The notes beneath the pieces were generated by a model. It was given only the letters and a program-made list of their open reading frames with translations, searched no databases and was not told the DNA's origin. A stretch of 64,000 bases of DNA from Verrucomicrobiia bacterium (lineage in GTDB: Bacteria > Verrucomicrobiota > Verrucomicrobiia > Verrucomicrobiales > DEV007). This document shows, one piece after another, positions 56,127-64,000 of this stretch (its first letter is position 1; each line of letters opens with the position of its first letter). The stretch lies in NCBI GenBank assembly GCA_030427505.1, contig JAUICH010000019.1, positions 1 to 64,000 of the forward strand. The letters are read 5' to 3'. The position numbers were made by a program, and so were the translations under genes.

Positions 56127-58043
56127 TCAGGAGTAGGCACCGTAGCCTCCGCCCGAGTACGAGTAATAGTACCCGTACTGCCCGAATGCCTTTCTCTGTG
56201 GCATGAAATTCGAAACGATACCGATCGGGTAGGTCTCGTTTTTCGACAAAAGGGTCAGCGCGCGCAGCAGTGCTTTTCGCGGTGTCTTGACCATGCCGAA
56301 TACCATGCAGACCGCATCGACGTGCTTAGCCATCAGCAAGGTATCGCTCACGACCAGAACCGGGGCGGTATCCAAGATGATGCGCTCATATCGTTGACCG
56401 AGGTGCTCCAAGAGTTGACCTATCTTGGCATCGTCCGGCAGGCGATCCTTGAAACGCATCTGACCAGCGGTCATCACGTCCAGGCCCGGAACTCTGTCGC
56501 AGGGTTGAATGACATCTTCAACGTAACTCCGGCCCGCGAGGCAATCATTGACCCCATTTCGCGTGGCATCCAGCCCCAGATAATTGTGGATAACCGGCCT
56601 CCGCAGATCGAGATCGATTAGCAAGACCTTCTCTCCCTGCGTGGCGATCGTGGCCGCCAGATTGCAGGAAATGGTGCTTTTGCCCTCACCAGGCGTGGAA
56701 CTGGTGATCACAATCGTTTTTGCATCCTTGGAGGACAGCAGAAGGCTGGCGCGCAAAGTCCGGAAGGACTCCGCCGCCTGAGAAGCCGAATCCAACGGAA
56801 TGGTTTTCATTTTCCCGGATTTCGGAACCACTGAAAAGACCGGCGAATTCGAAATGCGCTCCACATCCTCAATCCGCCGAACCGTGGAATCCATTAATCC
56901 CAACAGAAACGCGATCAGAAATCCGCCTCCCAAACCCAAAATGCCGTAGCGTATGTAAAACTTCACCGGGACCGGGCCAATGGGTTGGGGAAAAGTGTAG
57001 GGGGGTTGCACGATTTTGAATTCGGACTGCTCGAACTCGATTTCCACCCCCCCGCGTTTCACCTGGGAGAGTAGGGAATCATACAGTTCGGATTCGGTCT
57101 GAAAGTCGCGGTTGAGCATGTTGTTCCGTGCTTCAGCGGTCCGCAATTGGTAGGAAATGAGATCCTGTCCGTTCAGCGCGGCCATTTGCCCGGCATGTTC
57201 GTTCCAGAAAGCGTACTCAGTCTCCGAAGAGTCCGTAATGCGCCGCAATTCCTCGATGAACGATTGCTGCAATTGTTCCAGGTTGGATTTTTCCTGAACC
57301 AGTGGCGGCCACTTTTCGAGGTATTCCTGCTCCATTTCCCGGACCTTTGTCTCGCTTTTCTGAATTTCCTCCCGAATCCGGAGGGCATCCTTGTAAATCA
57401 CGAGAGACTTCTCCGAATCGCTCAGGTTTTTTCGGATGCGCTCCAGTTCCTTGGTCAAGAACTCCAGGTTTGCGTTCGACTCGCCAGCCCGGTTGGAAGA
57501 GCCGAGCTTGTCAAATTCAACGAGCATGCCCTCGATCACGTGGCGGGCGAGATTGGGGTCGGTGTAAATGGTCTCAATATCGATCAGAGTACTGCGGGGC
57601 CGCATCGTTACCGAGGTCCACATATTCATCTCCCGGGCCAGCGCCTGCCGGGCGGCTTCGTATTCTTCGGCCGGCACCGCCGCGGGATCGGGCAACAAGG
57701 CTGAGAACTCAGGCCTGGCCGTGACGGAGTGAAACAAACTATCCAGGCTGAGTTTCTGGGCGATCACGGCCACCATGTCGGTCTGCAAGGTCCGCCGCCG
57801 CTCCTCCGTGATGTCACCGGCGGCACGAAGATCCCGCTCCACTTCAATGGTGGAAGCGGCGCGAAAAGTCTCGGGAGTCCGACTTAGCTGATACTGGGCA
57901 AACACGCCGGCGCCAATCAGGCAGATGACAATGATCCACAAACGCTCCAGCAGGAGATAAAAGTAATCCACCAGTTCGCGCTGCGGCGCGAGATCCTCAG
58001 AGCTTTTCGAATCGCCAGTGCCGGTGTCAGGTGCTTCTGCCAT
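56127..58043 (-). CDS. wzc: Polysaccharide biosynthesis tyrosine autokinase / chain-length determinant (Wzc/GumC-like)
   Basis: N-terminal TM, periplasmic coiled coil, second TM, cytoplasmic Walker A TSSTPGEGKSTIS…LLIDLDLRRP, C-terminal Tyr-rich tail GQYGYYYSYSGGGYGAYS. Confidence 0.75.
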   Translation of the reverse strand: MAEAPDTGTGDSKSSEDLAPQRELVDYFYLLLERLWIIVICLIGAGVFAQYQLSRTPETFRAASTIEVERDLRAAGDITEERRRTLQTDMVAVIAQKLSLDSLFHSVTARPEFSALLPDPAAVPAEEYEAARQALAREMNMWTSVTMRPRSTLIDIETIYTDPNLARHVIEGMLVEFDKLGSSNRAGESNANLEFLTKELERIRKNLSDSEKSLVIYKDALRIREEIQKSETKVREMEQEYLEKWPPLVQEKSNLEQLQQSFIEELRRITDSSETEYAFWNEHAGQMAALNGQDLISYQLRTAEARNNMLNRDFQTESELYDSLLSQVKRGGVEIEFEQSEFKIVQPPYTFPQPIGPVPVKFYIRYGILGLGGGFLIAFLLGLMDSTVRRIEDVERISNSPVFSVVPKSGKMKTIPLDSASQAAESFRTLRASLLLSSKDAKTIVITSSTPGEGKSTISCNLAATIATQGEKVLLIDLDLRRPVIHNYLGLDATRNGVNDCLAGRSYVEDVIQPCDRVPGLDVMTAGQMRFKDRLPDDAKIGQLLEHLGQRYERIILDTAPVLVVSDTLLMAKHVDAVCMVFGMVKTPRKALLRALTLLSKNETYPIGIVSNFMPQRKAFGQYGYYYSYSGGGYGAYS

Positions 58044-58115
58044 GGGGTAATCTATAAGGGGACCAGACAGAACAAAGACGCAACCCAGCCAAGCTGACCT
58101 TTTCTCGTTTCTGCC

Positions 58116-58733
58116 TTAAAAAATGCGCTTGGCGACCGAGATTGTGTCCCCCGGCAAGAGCGTGAAACTCTCGGTACCGGTTTGCAGATCGGCGGCGTTC
58201 ACGTAAAAGGTCTGCGCCTTTCCTTCGGCTCCCTTTCGCTTCACGATCACGCGCTTGGGATTCGCCAAACTGGAGTAGCCGCCCGCCTTGGCCAAAGCGG
58301 TGAGGAGATCGATTCCCCGCCCTTCGAATTCCACCGTTCCCGGCCGCTCGACCTCCCCCAGAATGGTCACGAATTCCACCGGTTTCGGCGCGGCGGGCAT
58401 GATCGGTTTGACTTCTGGTTTCGCCACAAACTCCTCCACCACGCGGACGGTGACGTGGGCATCGCGGATGTAGTCTTTTTCCAGCCGCTCTTCGACCGTT
58501 TTGGCCACTTCGGTCGCCGTTTTCCCAACCACCTCCACGTTACCCACCAAGGGAAAATTGACGGAGCCGGAAGAGTCAATCTTCACCACGGCTCCCAGCG
58601 AGTCCTCTCCGAAGACGGTTAGCTCGATTTCGTCTCCCGTCTTGAGATGGCGTTCGTCGCCACGAGAGACCGCTGGGATAAAAAACGCTCCAGACAGGAG
58701 GGCAATCGTCAGACTGCCTAGGCAAAACCTCAT
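58116..58733 (-). CDS. wza: Polysaccharide export protein (Wza-like, PES motif plus SLBB domain)
   Basis: Signal peptide. GDEIELTVFGE…G.V.FPLVGNVEVVGKT (Poly_export) and a C-terminal SLBB-like segment (…LLPGDTISV). Confidence 0.7.
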   Translation of the reverse strand: MRFCLGSLTIALLSGAFFIPAVSRGDERHLKTGDEIELTVFGEDSLGAVVKIDSSGSVNFPLVGNVEVVGKTATEVAKTVEERLEKDYIRDAHVTVRVVEEFVAKPEVKPIMPAAPKPVEFVTILGEVERPGTVEFEGRGIDLLTALAKAGGYSSLANPKRVIVKRKGAEGKAQTFYVNAADLQTGTESFTLLPGDTISVAKRIF

Positions 58734-59248
58734 GGACTCGTAGGCGTTGCGGCCGGTTTCCCGGGATCGGAAGCCGCCGAAGATTCACCGTTTGTTCCCA
58801 AAACTTTTTGCGTGGAGGCTGGAGATTCCGAGCTTCCACCGTTGCTGTCATCCGTCAAAAAGGTCAAAAGCGTGCTGCGTTGCTGGTCCTCAACTCCCCC
58901 GCCCACGACCCACCGCTGAATGGCGACGCCGTTTGTCTGGGTAGCCAGCGCGTTTCCCAAATATTCCAAAGCCTCGGCGCTCGTAACCCGGTAGGTGATG
59001 CCCGTGGCTTCATTTTTCACCAATAAATAGGCACCGGGACCAAAAACGAACTCATCCCAATTGCTTTCGTCGATCACGGCCCCATCAGCCACGGCGTTTC
59101 CACCTGACGAGACCCCCTCGCCGCCGGTCACGGTCAGGTTAAACTCAATGACTTGCGACGCGGCTTGTGATTCGAGAACGGACAACATTGAGAGGACCAG
59201 TCCCAGAGCCAGCCCCCACACACCAGTTGGTATTAGATACGTTTTCAT
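58730..59248 (-). CDS. Hypothetical secreted protein (Gly/Ser/Thr-rich)
   Basis: Signal peptide (MKTYLIPTGVWGLALGLVLSMLSVLESQA). No family recognised. Overlaps the wza start by 4 nt. Confidence 0.3.
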   Translation of the reverse strand: MKTYLIPTGVWGLALGLVLSMLSVLESQAASQVIEFNLTVTGGEGVSSGGNAVADGAVIDESNWDEFVFGPGAYLLVKNEATGITYRVTSAEALEYLGNALATQTNGVAIQRWVVGGGVEDQQRSTLLTFLTDDSNGGSSESPASTQKVLGTNGESSAASDPGKPAATPTSP

Positions 59249-59285
59249 GCAAAAACGAGGCATATTTCGCTTTCAGTTCGCGAGG

Positions 59286-60575
59286 TTAAAACTCAAAGGC
59301 AATTTTCAGCCCAACCGTATTGTTTTGAAAGGACTGAAGAGCAAGAGACGAGTCATTCTCGAGGAAATTGTAAAACACGCTCACTTCGCCGCGATCGGTA
59401 ATCTCGTGCCCCAGCTCTATATAAGCGGAATAGTAATCGTCTTGCCGCGCGACGGAAACCCCGCTGACGGTGGAGTCATATTCAGACCAAGAATATGATC
59501 CGACCCCACGGACAAAGCAACTCCACAGGAACTCCTTGCGAATCGCCAGGGAAATCGTGGAAATCACGTAGTTCTGTCCATTGCTCGTAACGGAGGGCAG
59601 AACCGACCGGTCAAACGCCAGTTCGCTGGAAAACATTTCGTCCGGAGACCAGCGCAGCCCCGCCGCCCAAACAATCTCATCCGAGGTACCAGCGGCCCCA
59701 CTGCCTTCAAAATCGCGCGAGTCCACCCCCGCTTGCCCGTAGAAACTGGTGAGAGCCGAGTATTTCCACTCAACCCGGCCGCCGGCCTGAAACGCGTTCT
59801 GGTCCGCGTTGGCCTGGGCATCCACCCGTTCGTATCCGACATAGGGTCCAATGCGAGTAATCGCATCGCGGCCACCATAAAGTAAGGCCAATTCCGTGCC
59901 GTATGTCGCGTAGCTATTCAGTGTATCAAAGTCTGCGCGCTGGTAGCCGACCCTGAGATCCGCGTCCACCAGCGATGAAATCGCGTAATCGATATTCAAC
60001 TCCGCGCTGTAACGGTCACTTTCCGCCCGGCGCTGTTCCCGCAGAAACAGGGCCTCACCCTGCTTACTGAGATCCCGGCCATTGTTCCCTTCCACGTGGG
60101 AATACTGCCCCGTGAGCGTCACGATCGTCCGGCCCGAGTTCCACCGGTAAACCCCGTCGAAATCGTGGTTGATATTGAGGTCGTGATCGACGTCGTCGAA
60201 GTAAAGAGTGGGGCTGTATCCCACCGTTAACATCTGCTCCGTAAAATCGTCTCCCATCAGGCGGAAAAGCACGTCGGGCGAAAAAGTGTACGTAAATCCA
60301 TCCCGTTCGAAACCATCAGGCGCCAAGTCGATGTTTTCGTCATACCGAATATCCGCGTCAAAAGCCAATTCGACGCGCTGAGTGGTTGGCAAGTCCAGCG
60401 GGCCGCCAGCTTCGACGCTCTTCCCGGATGCGGCGTCCATCAAGTCGCCCCCGGCAATGGCCACAATGGATTTGCCTTCCGAGGAATCCGCTATCCCGAA
60501 TTCATTTTCTCCAGCGAAAGCTACTCCAAAACTCAGGAGAAATACGGCAATTGTAATAGCTTTGCTCTTTTTCAT
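59286..60575 (-). CDS. Outer-membrane beta-barrel protein (polysaccharide-locus associated)
   Basis: Signal peptide MKKSKAITIAVFLLSFGVAFA, amphipathic beta-strand periodicity, C-terminal F (…LKIAFEF). Confidence 0.5.
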   Translation of the reverse strand: MKKSKAITIAVFLLSFGVAFAGENEFGIADSSEGKSIVAIAGGDLMDAASGKSVEAGGPLDLPTTQRVELAFDADIRYDENIDLAPDGFERDGFTYTFSPDVLFRLMGDDFTEQMLTVGYSPTLYFDDVDHDLNINHDFDGVYRWNSGRTIVTLTGQYSHVEGNNGRDLSKQGEALFLREQRRAESDRYSAELNIDYAISSLVDADLRVGYQRADFDTLNSYATYGTELALLYGGRDAITRIGPYVGYERVDAQANADQNAFQAGGRVEWKYSALTSFYGQAGVDSRDFEGSGAAGTSDEIVWAAGLRWSPDEMFSSELAFDRSVLPSVTSNGQNYVISTISLAIRKEFLWSCFVRGVGSYSWSEYDSTVSGVSVARQDDYYSAYIELGHEITDRGEVSVFYNFLENDSSLALQSFQNNTVGLKIAFEF

Positions 60576-60646
60576 GCTGATGAATCGAGAATACGCAAGA
60601 TCCCAGAAGCATGAACCTTTCCATCTGTCGAGGCAAGCTTATTTAC

Positions 60647-62023
60647 TTAGGTATTTACTCGCCGGGAACTTATTTTTGTTGGATAACGATAATTGTAACC
60701 TCCGCAAATATTTGACGCAATAATGATTCCCGTCCACTGAAGCGAACCGATCTGAGCGGGAAAATCCACCACGGCCTGCACGGCGGCGGCAAGCAGTCCC
60801 ACCAGTGTCGCGGCGGTATAGAAATCCCCCCGTCTCAGCCCGCGAATTCCGGAAGCGATCACCATCCCCCCAAAGACCGCCCACAGGAACGCTCCCACGA
60901 AACCCCACTCGATCGCGGTTTGCAGGTAGTCCTCATGCGCGGTGTCCCAAAAAAAGTCCAAGGCACGTCCTTCATCCCCCACATAGTAGGGGAATACCGT
61001 CGCGAATACGCCAGGACCGAGCCCCCAAAACCCGCTTTTCGGCAGAATGCGCAGGCAGGTTCGATAGGTCTCCATCCGGGCCTCGTAGCTGGCGCCAAAG
61101 TCGGCCCAGCGGCTGACGGACGCGGAAAAAGTAAGGCCGGCCAGCGCCGCCAGCATGAGGGCACCCAGACCTCCGAGAACGGCCCCCGCCATGGCGGGCC
61201 GGGGATGGAGACGGACGAGTCCCATAATGGACCGGCGATACAGAAGCAGCCAGACCGGCACCATCGCCACGCCAAGTACTTGGCCCATCTTTGAGGTATT
61301 GACGAACACCGCGCCGAGAGTAAAAAACACGGCCGCTCCCCAGAGGGTGATCGCGAACGGCCCTTGGCCGCGGATTCTAGCCCTCAAAAACAGCATTCCG
61401 GCCACTGGCCACGCGAAGCTCAAGAGAGTGGCCGCGTTCCCATGGTAGCGATAGGCCGCGAAAAAGTGCCGCTCTGGCAGCGGGCCGTCAAAGAACAGCA
61501 TCTTGTCCGTCCCGGAGGCCTTTTGGAAAATACCGGCCAACGCCACCGTCAGACCGGCCAGCGCCACGATTCCCAACAGCCACCGCCGGTTGCGGCGGGA
61601 ACGGCAAAGGTCAGCCAACATGAAGAATCCTCCAAAAAGCACCGTGAGATGGGCCATCGCTTCCAGGGATCGCGGCCGGTCCACGGAACCAAAGAGCCAC
61701 CCAAGTCCCCAGGTCCCTTTCGCCTCGTAAAACGCGCCGCCTCCCTCCCAGGAGTGCACGTATTTCCCGTTCCCCACCGACACCCAGCCATAGATTAGAA
61801 TCAGCACCGGCAGGATCCAGAACAGAGGCGGAATGCCGGGCCTGCGCCGCTCTATCGCTAAACTCAGCCCCCAGGCAAAGGTCAGGCCCGCCAATCCAAG
61901 GTCAAACACTTGAAGCGTCTCCGGGGTCGTCAGACCGTAGGCCAGAACCGCATACCCGGTAAGCAGCGCAATACCAGCGAGTAAGAAGCTGTCGAAGGGG
62001 CGATGGTGTTGGCTCTCTGGCAT
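60647..62023 (-). CDS. O-antigen ligase/polymerase family (Wzy_C-like) membrane protein
   Basis: 458 aa, about 12 TM helices plus a large loop. Typical Wzy_C topology in a Wza/Wzc locus. Confidence 0.55.
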   Translation of the reverse strand: MPESQHHRPFDSFLLAGIALLTGYAVLAYGLTTPETLQVFDLGLAGLTFAWGLSLAIERRRPGIPPLFWILPVLILIYGWVSVGNGKYVHSWEGGGAFYEAKGTWGLGWLFGSVDRPRSLEAMAHLTVLFGGFFMLADLCRSRRNRRWLLGIVALAGLTVALAGIFQKASGTDKMLFFDGPLPERHFFAAYRYHGNAATLLSFAWPVAGMLFLRARIRGQGPFAITLWGAAVFFTLGAVFVNTSKMGQVLGVAMVPVWLLLYRRSIMGLVRLHPRPAMAGAVLGGLGALMLAALAGLTFSASVSRWADFGASYEARMETYRTCLRILPKSGFWGLGPGVFATVFPYYVGDEGRALDFFWDTAHEDYLQTAIEWGFVGAFLWAVFGGMVIASGIRGLRRGDFYTAATLVGLLAAAVQAVVDFPAQIGSLQWTGIIIASNICGGYNYRYPTKISSRRVNT

Positions 62024-62062
62024 TTGCGCGAGATTCTCGACAAGTTCCGGCTACCGGTCAAC

Positions 62063-63136
62063 CTAGCTGGACGGGGCGAACCGGCGCCGCGCCCAAAACC
62101 ACGGCCGGAGCATCACGTACAGCCAGCCAAAGCCGGCGGGAACCTTGACCTGATGCCAGTCGTCCGCCGCCGTCACGTATTCAGCCAGAATCTGCATCTT
62201 GTGCGAGAAGGACCGGTGCAAGGCCATGCCGGACAGAAGCGCCTCGGCGGAGTTCATTCCATGCCGGGAACGCACCAGATGCCGGCGGCCCCACGCGGCG
62301 AGCCTCTCCACCACCGCTTCTTGGGGAATACTGGTCTCCGGGTCGAAATTCAGAAATTCCGCCGCGAGTTTCCAAGTGGCGAACACCGCCCGTTCCGTGC
62401 CCAGACGGGTGGCGAGTTCCAGGATTTCCCGGGGACTCGGGACACCGTCCCTTTGGTGATATTCCACTATGTCCACCAGCCAGAACAGCCGCTCCCAAAG
62501 GTGCCGCGCCGCGTGGATATAGAGAAAGAGAAGATGGTCCGCGTCTCCCAAAGCCGGAATCTGAAACGACCCCGCGTCCTGAACGCGGCGGCGAGTATAG
62601 ACTTCTTCAAAAGAGTAGGGAAACAGCTCGCGGGCGGTTCCCAGCCGCCAATGAATTTCCAGCGAGACGCCGCTTCCCTCGTGGGTGTAGCCGATGTGGA
62701 ACTTTAGCTTCCGGTATTTCTCCTGAAAGTGCGGGGACAAGGTGGCGTAGCCTGTTTTGTGACGATGCCCGGCGCGGAGCAGGAGCCTGTCTATCCGGTC
62801 AATATCCTGCTCCGAAACCCAGAGATCGACATCGCCCGCATGCCGGTGCCCCACATCTCCGAAAAGTCGCAAGGCCAGTGGGAGCCCTTTGAAACAAAGA
62901 TACGGAACCCCCTCTTTATCAAAGCTTTCCGCCACCATCCGCAAATGACTCAGGTTTCGCAGAGCAAAGAGTCTATTGCGCTGGCGTGCCGCGCGAAGAG
63001 ATTCCGCGTTAATCCGGGCCACCAAACCGTGGTACTGCGCCAAATGGGCAAATGCCTCCCGCCGCGCGCCTGGATCCTCCTTCTCCACCGCACCCGCCTT
63101 CAGTGCGGCCAGTAGCCGTTCCCAATCACTCATCAT
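62063..63136 (-). CDS. Uncharacterised nucleotidyltransferase family protein (PF14907-like)
   Basis: GDVDLWV motif (nucleotidyltransferase GS/D.D-like) and overall similarity to the NTP_transf_5 family. Start set at internal ATG (MMSDWERL); 11-nt overlap with the upstream ABC gene stop. Confidence 0.45.
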   Translation of the reverse strand: MMSDWERLLAALKAGAVEKEDPGARREAFAHLAQYHGLVARINAESLRAARQRNRLFALRNLSHLRMVAESFDKEGVPYLCFKGLPLALRLFGDVGHRHAGDVDLWVSEQDIDRIDRLLLRAGHRHKTGYATLSPHFQEKYRKLKFHIGYTHEGSGVSLEIHWRLGTARELFPYSFEEVYTRRRVQDAGSFQIPALGDADHLLFLYIHAARHLWERLFWLVDIVEYHQRDGVPSPREILELATRLGTERAVFATWKLAAEFLNFDPETSIPQEAVVERLAAWGRRHLVRSRHGMNSAEALLSGMALHRSFSHKMQILAEYVTAADDWHQVKVPAGFGWLYVMLRPWFWARRRFAPSS

Positions 63137-64000
63137 CCGGGGCAAGCCCCTCGAATTTAGTCTTGGAAAGCTCAATTACCTGGCCGGCAATGTCGAGCAA
63201 TGAAACGCGATGAGAAATCAGGATCACCGTTCTTTCTTCCTTTTGCCGGAGCAGCACCTCCCGCACCAACGCCTCGTTCGCTCCGTCCAAAGCGCTGGTC
63301 GGCTCGTCAAAGATCAACAGCGTGGGCTTGCGGACAAGAGCCCGTGCGATGGCGATTCGCTGACGCTCGCCGCCGGAGAGCGAATCCCCCTTTTCGGCTA
63401 CCACGGTGTCGAGGCCGGAGGGAAGCTTCCTTACAAAATCCGCCGCCGCCGCGGATTCCAGGGCCGCCCACATCTCGGCTTCCGACGCGTCCGGCTGTCC
63501 CCACAGCAGGTTTTCGCGAATCGACTGGCTGAAGAGAAAACTTTCCTGAGGCACATAGCCGATGGCGTGTTTCCAGGCCTGGGGCAGCTTCGCCCCATCC
63601 ACCAGAATCTCGCCCGCGTCCGGTTCTATCAGCCCCAGCAACAGTTGGCAAAGCGTCGATTTTCCGCTTCCGGACTCCCCGGAAACGGCGGTGATTGTTT
63701 TGGCGGGCACTGTTGCCGAGAATCCGTCAAAGACAGCGCTTGTCTGGCCGGGCCACTGGAATCTCAACCCGCGAATTTCCATGGAAACTTCCAACCCAAC
63801 ACGTTTGCACGCGTCCGGAGCGGGATCCGCCAATTCGCCGCCGGTTTCCGCTTCGCGCGCCGCGATTGCCTTTACGGAAGGCAGGGTCGTCAAGATCTGC
63901 TGCCAGAAGTCCTGGACCTGAATCAGCATCGGCACCAGCCGCGAAAAGAGAAACACCAGAACAATGAGGCGCGCGGCGTCCACGGAGAAGTGAACCGTGG
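63126..64000 (-). CDS. ABC exporter, fused permease/ATP-binding protein (C-terminal part; N-terminus beyond window end)
   Basis: Walker A GESGSGKST, signature LSGGERQRIAIARAL, Walker B LLIFDEPTSALD, H-loop ILISHR. The N-terminal residues (…LIVLVFLFSRLVPMLIQVQDFWQQ…) are the end of a TM domain, so the gene continues past 64000. Confidence 0.75.
   Translation of the reverse strand, partial: TVHFSVDAARLIVLVFLFSRLVPMLIQVQDFWQQILTTLPSVKAIAAREAETGGELADPAPDACKRVGLEVSMEIRGLRFQWPGQTSAVFDGFSATVPAKTITAVSGESGSGKSTLCQLLLGLIEPDAGEILVDGAKLPQAWKHAIGYVPQESFLFSQSIRENLLWGQPDASEAEMWAALESAAAADFVRKLPSGLDTVVAEKGDSLSGGERQRIAIARALVRKPTLLIFDEPTSALDGANEALVREVLLRQKEERTVILISHRVSLLDIAGQVIELSKTKFEGLAPDDE

Noticed and set aside
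1-64000. Search for tRNA, rRNA, tmRNA, RNase P, SRP RNA, CRISPR arrays, integrases/transposases and IS terminal inverted repeats
   Set aside because: No T-loop consensus (GGTTCGAATCC-like) exists outside coding regions. The one GGTTCGAAT match at about 37305 lies inside the EF-G paralog coding frame. No arrays of regularly spaced direct repeats and no recombinase-like ORFs were seen.

Overview
This is a 64 kb window of high-GC (about 60%) bacterial chromosome with dense coding on both strands. I found no rRNA, tRNA, CRISPR array, integrase or transposase. The gene content suggests the Planctomycetes-Verrucomicrobia-Chlamydiae (PVC) superphylum, most likely Verrucomicrobia; this is inference from content, not a database hit. 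The clues are three formylglycine-type sulfatases, an FG-GAP/VCBS protein, prenyltransferase-like repeats, NIPSNAP and DUF-rich small proteins, frequent missing Shine-Dalgarno sites, and many spurious long antisense ORFs. Recognisable modules, in order:

- 478-5636, minus strand: a run of small stress/detox-type genes (YciI-like, DoxX, SRPBCC, NTF2-like, DUF899) ending in an acyltransferase-like/AMP-binding fusion protein.
- 5800-7952: a DUF4212 small subunit plus a sodium:solute symporter pair.
- 8722-16761: NfeD/YqiJ-like protein, flotillin/YqiK-like SPFH protein, and a 1748-aa protein whose only recognisable part is an AAA+ ATPase core near the C-terminus. This three-gene operon is the most unusual thing in the window.
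- Around 21-29 kb: NIPSNAP, sulfatase, a Gly-zipper/His-Tyr-rich lipoprotein, an FG-GAP protein carrying a CxxCH motif, and an NDH-2.
- 29-33 kb: an MscK-like mechanosensitive channel plus MarC.
- Around 35-37 kb: a stand-alone EF-G paralog.
- 41386-43716: a P1B-type Co/Zn ATPase (SPC motif) preceded by a 19-bp perfect dyad.
- 43859-44424: a RelE/ParE toxin-antitoxin pair.
- 44588-48597: PBP1A and MidA.
- 49.4-56.0 kb: a sulfonate-type sulfur-scavenging module (SsuD-like LLM monooxygenase, YeiH-family exporter, ROK regulator, Gfo/Idh/MocA oxidoreductase, NADPH-dependent FMN reductase). Two divergent promoters in it share a 28-nt AT-rich motif.
- 56.1-64.0 kb: a Wzc/Wza/Wzy-type polysaccharide export locus running off the window end.

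Non-coding signals: a roughly 75-nt intergenic repeat in three copies (a second roughly 45-nt module accompanies two of them), a GC-rich multi-hairpin block at 20.06-20.34 kb, and several hairpin terminators.
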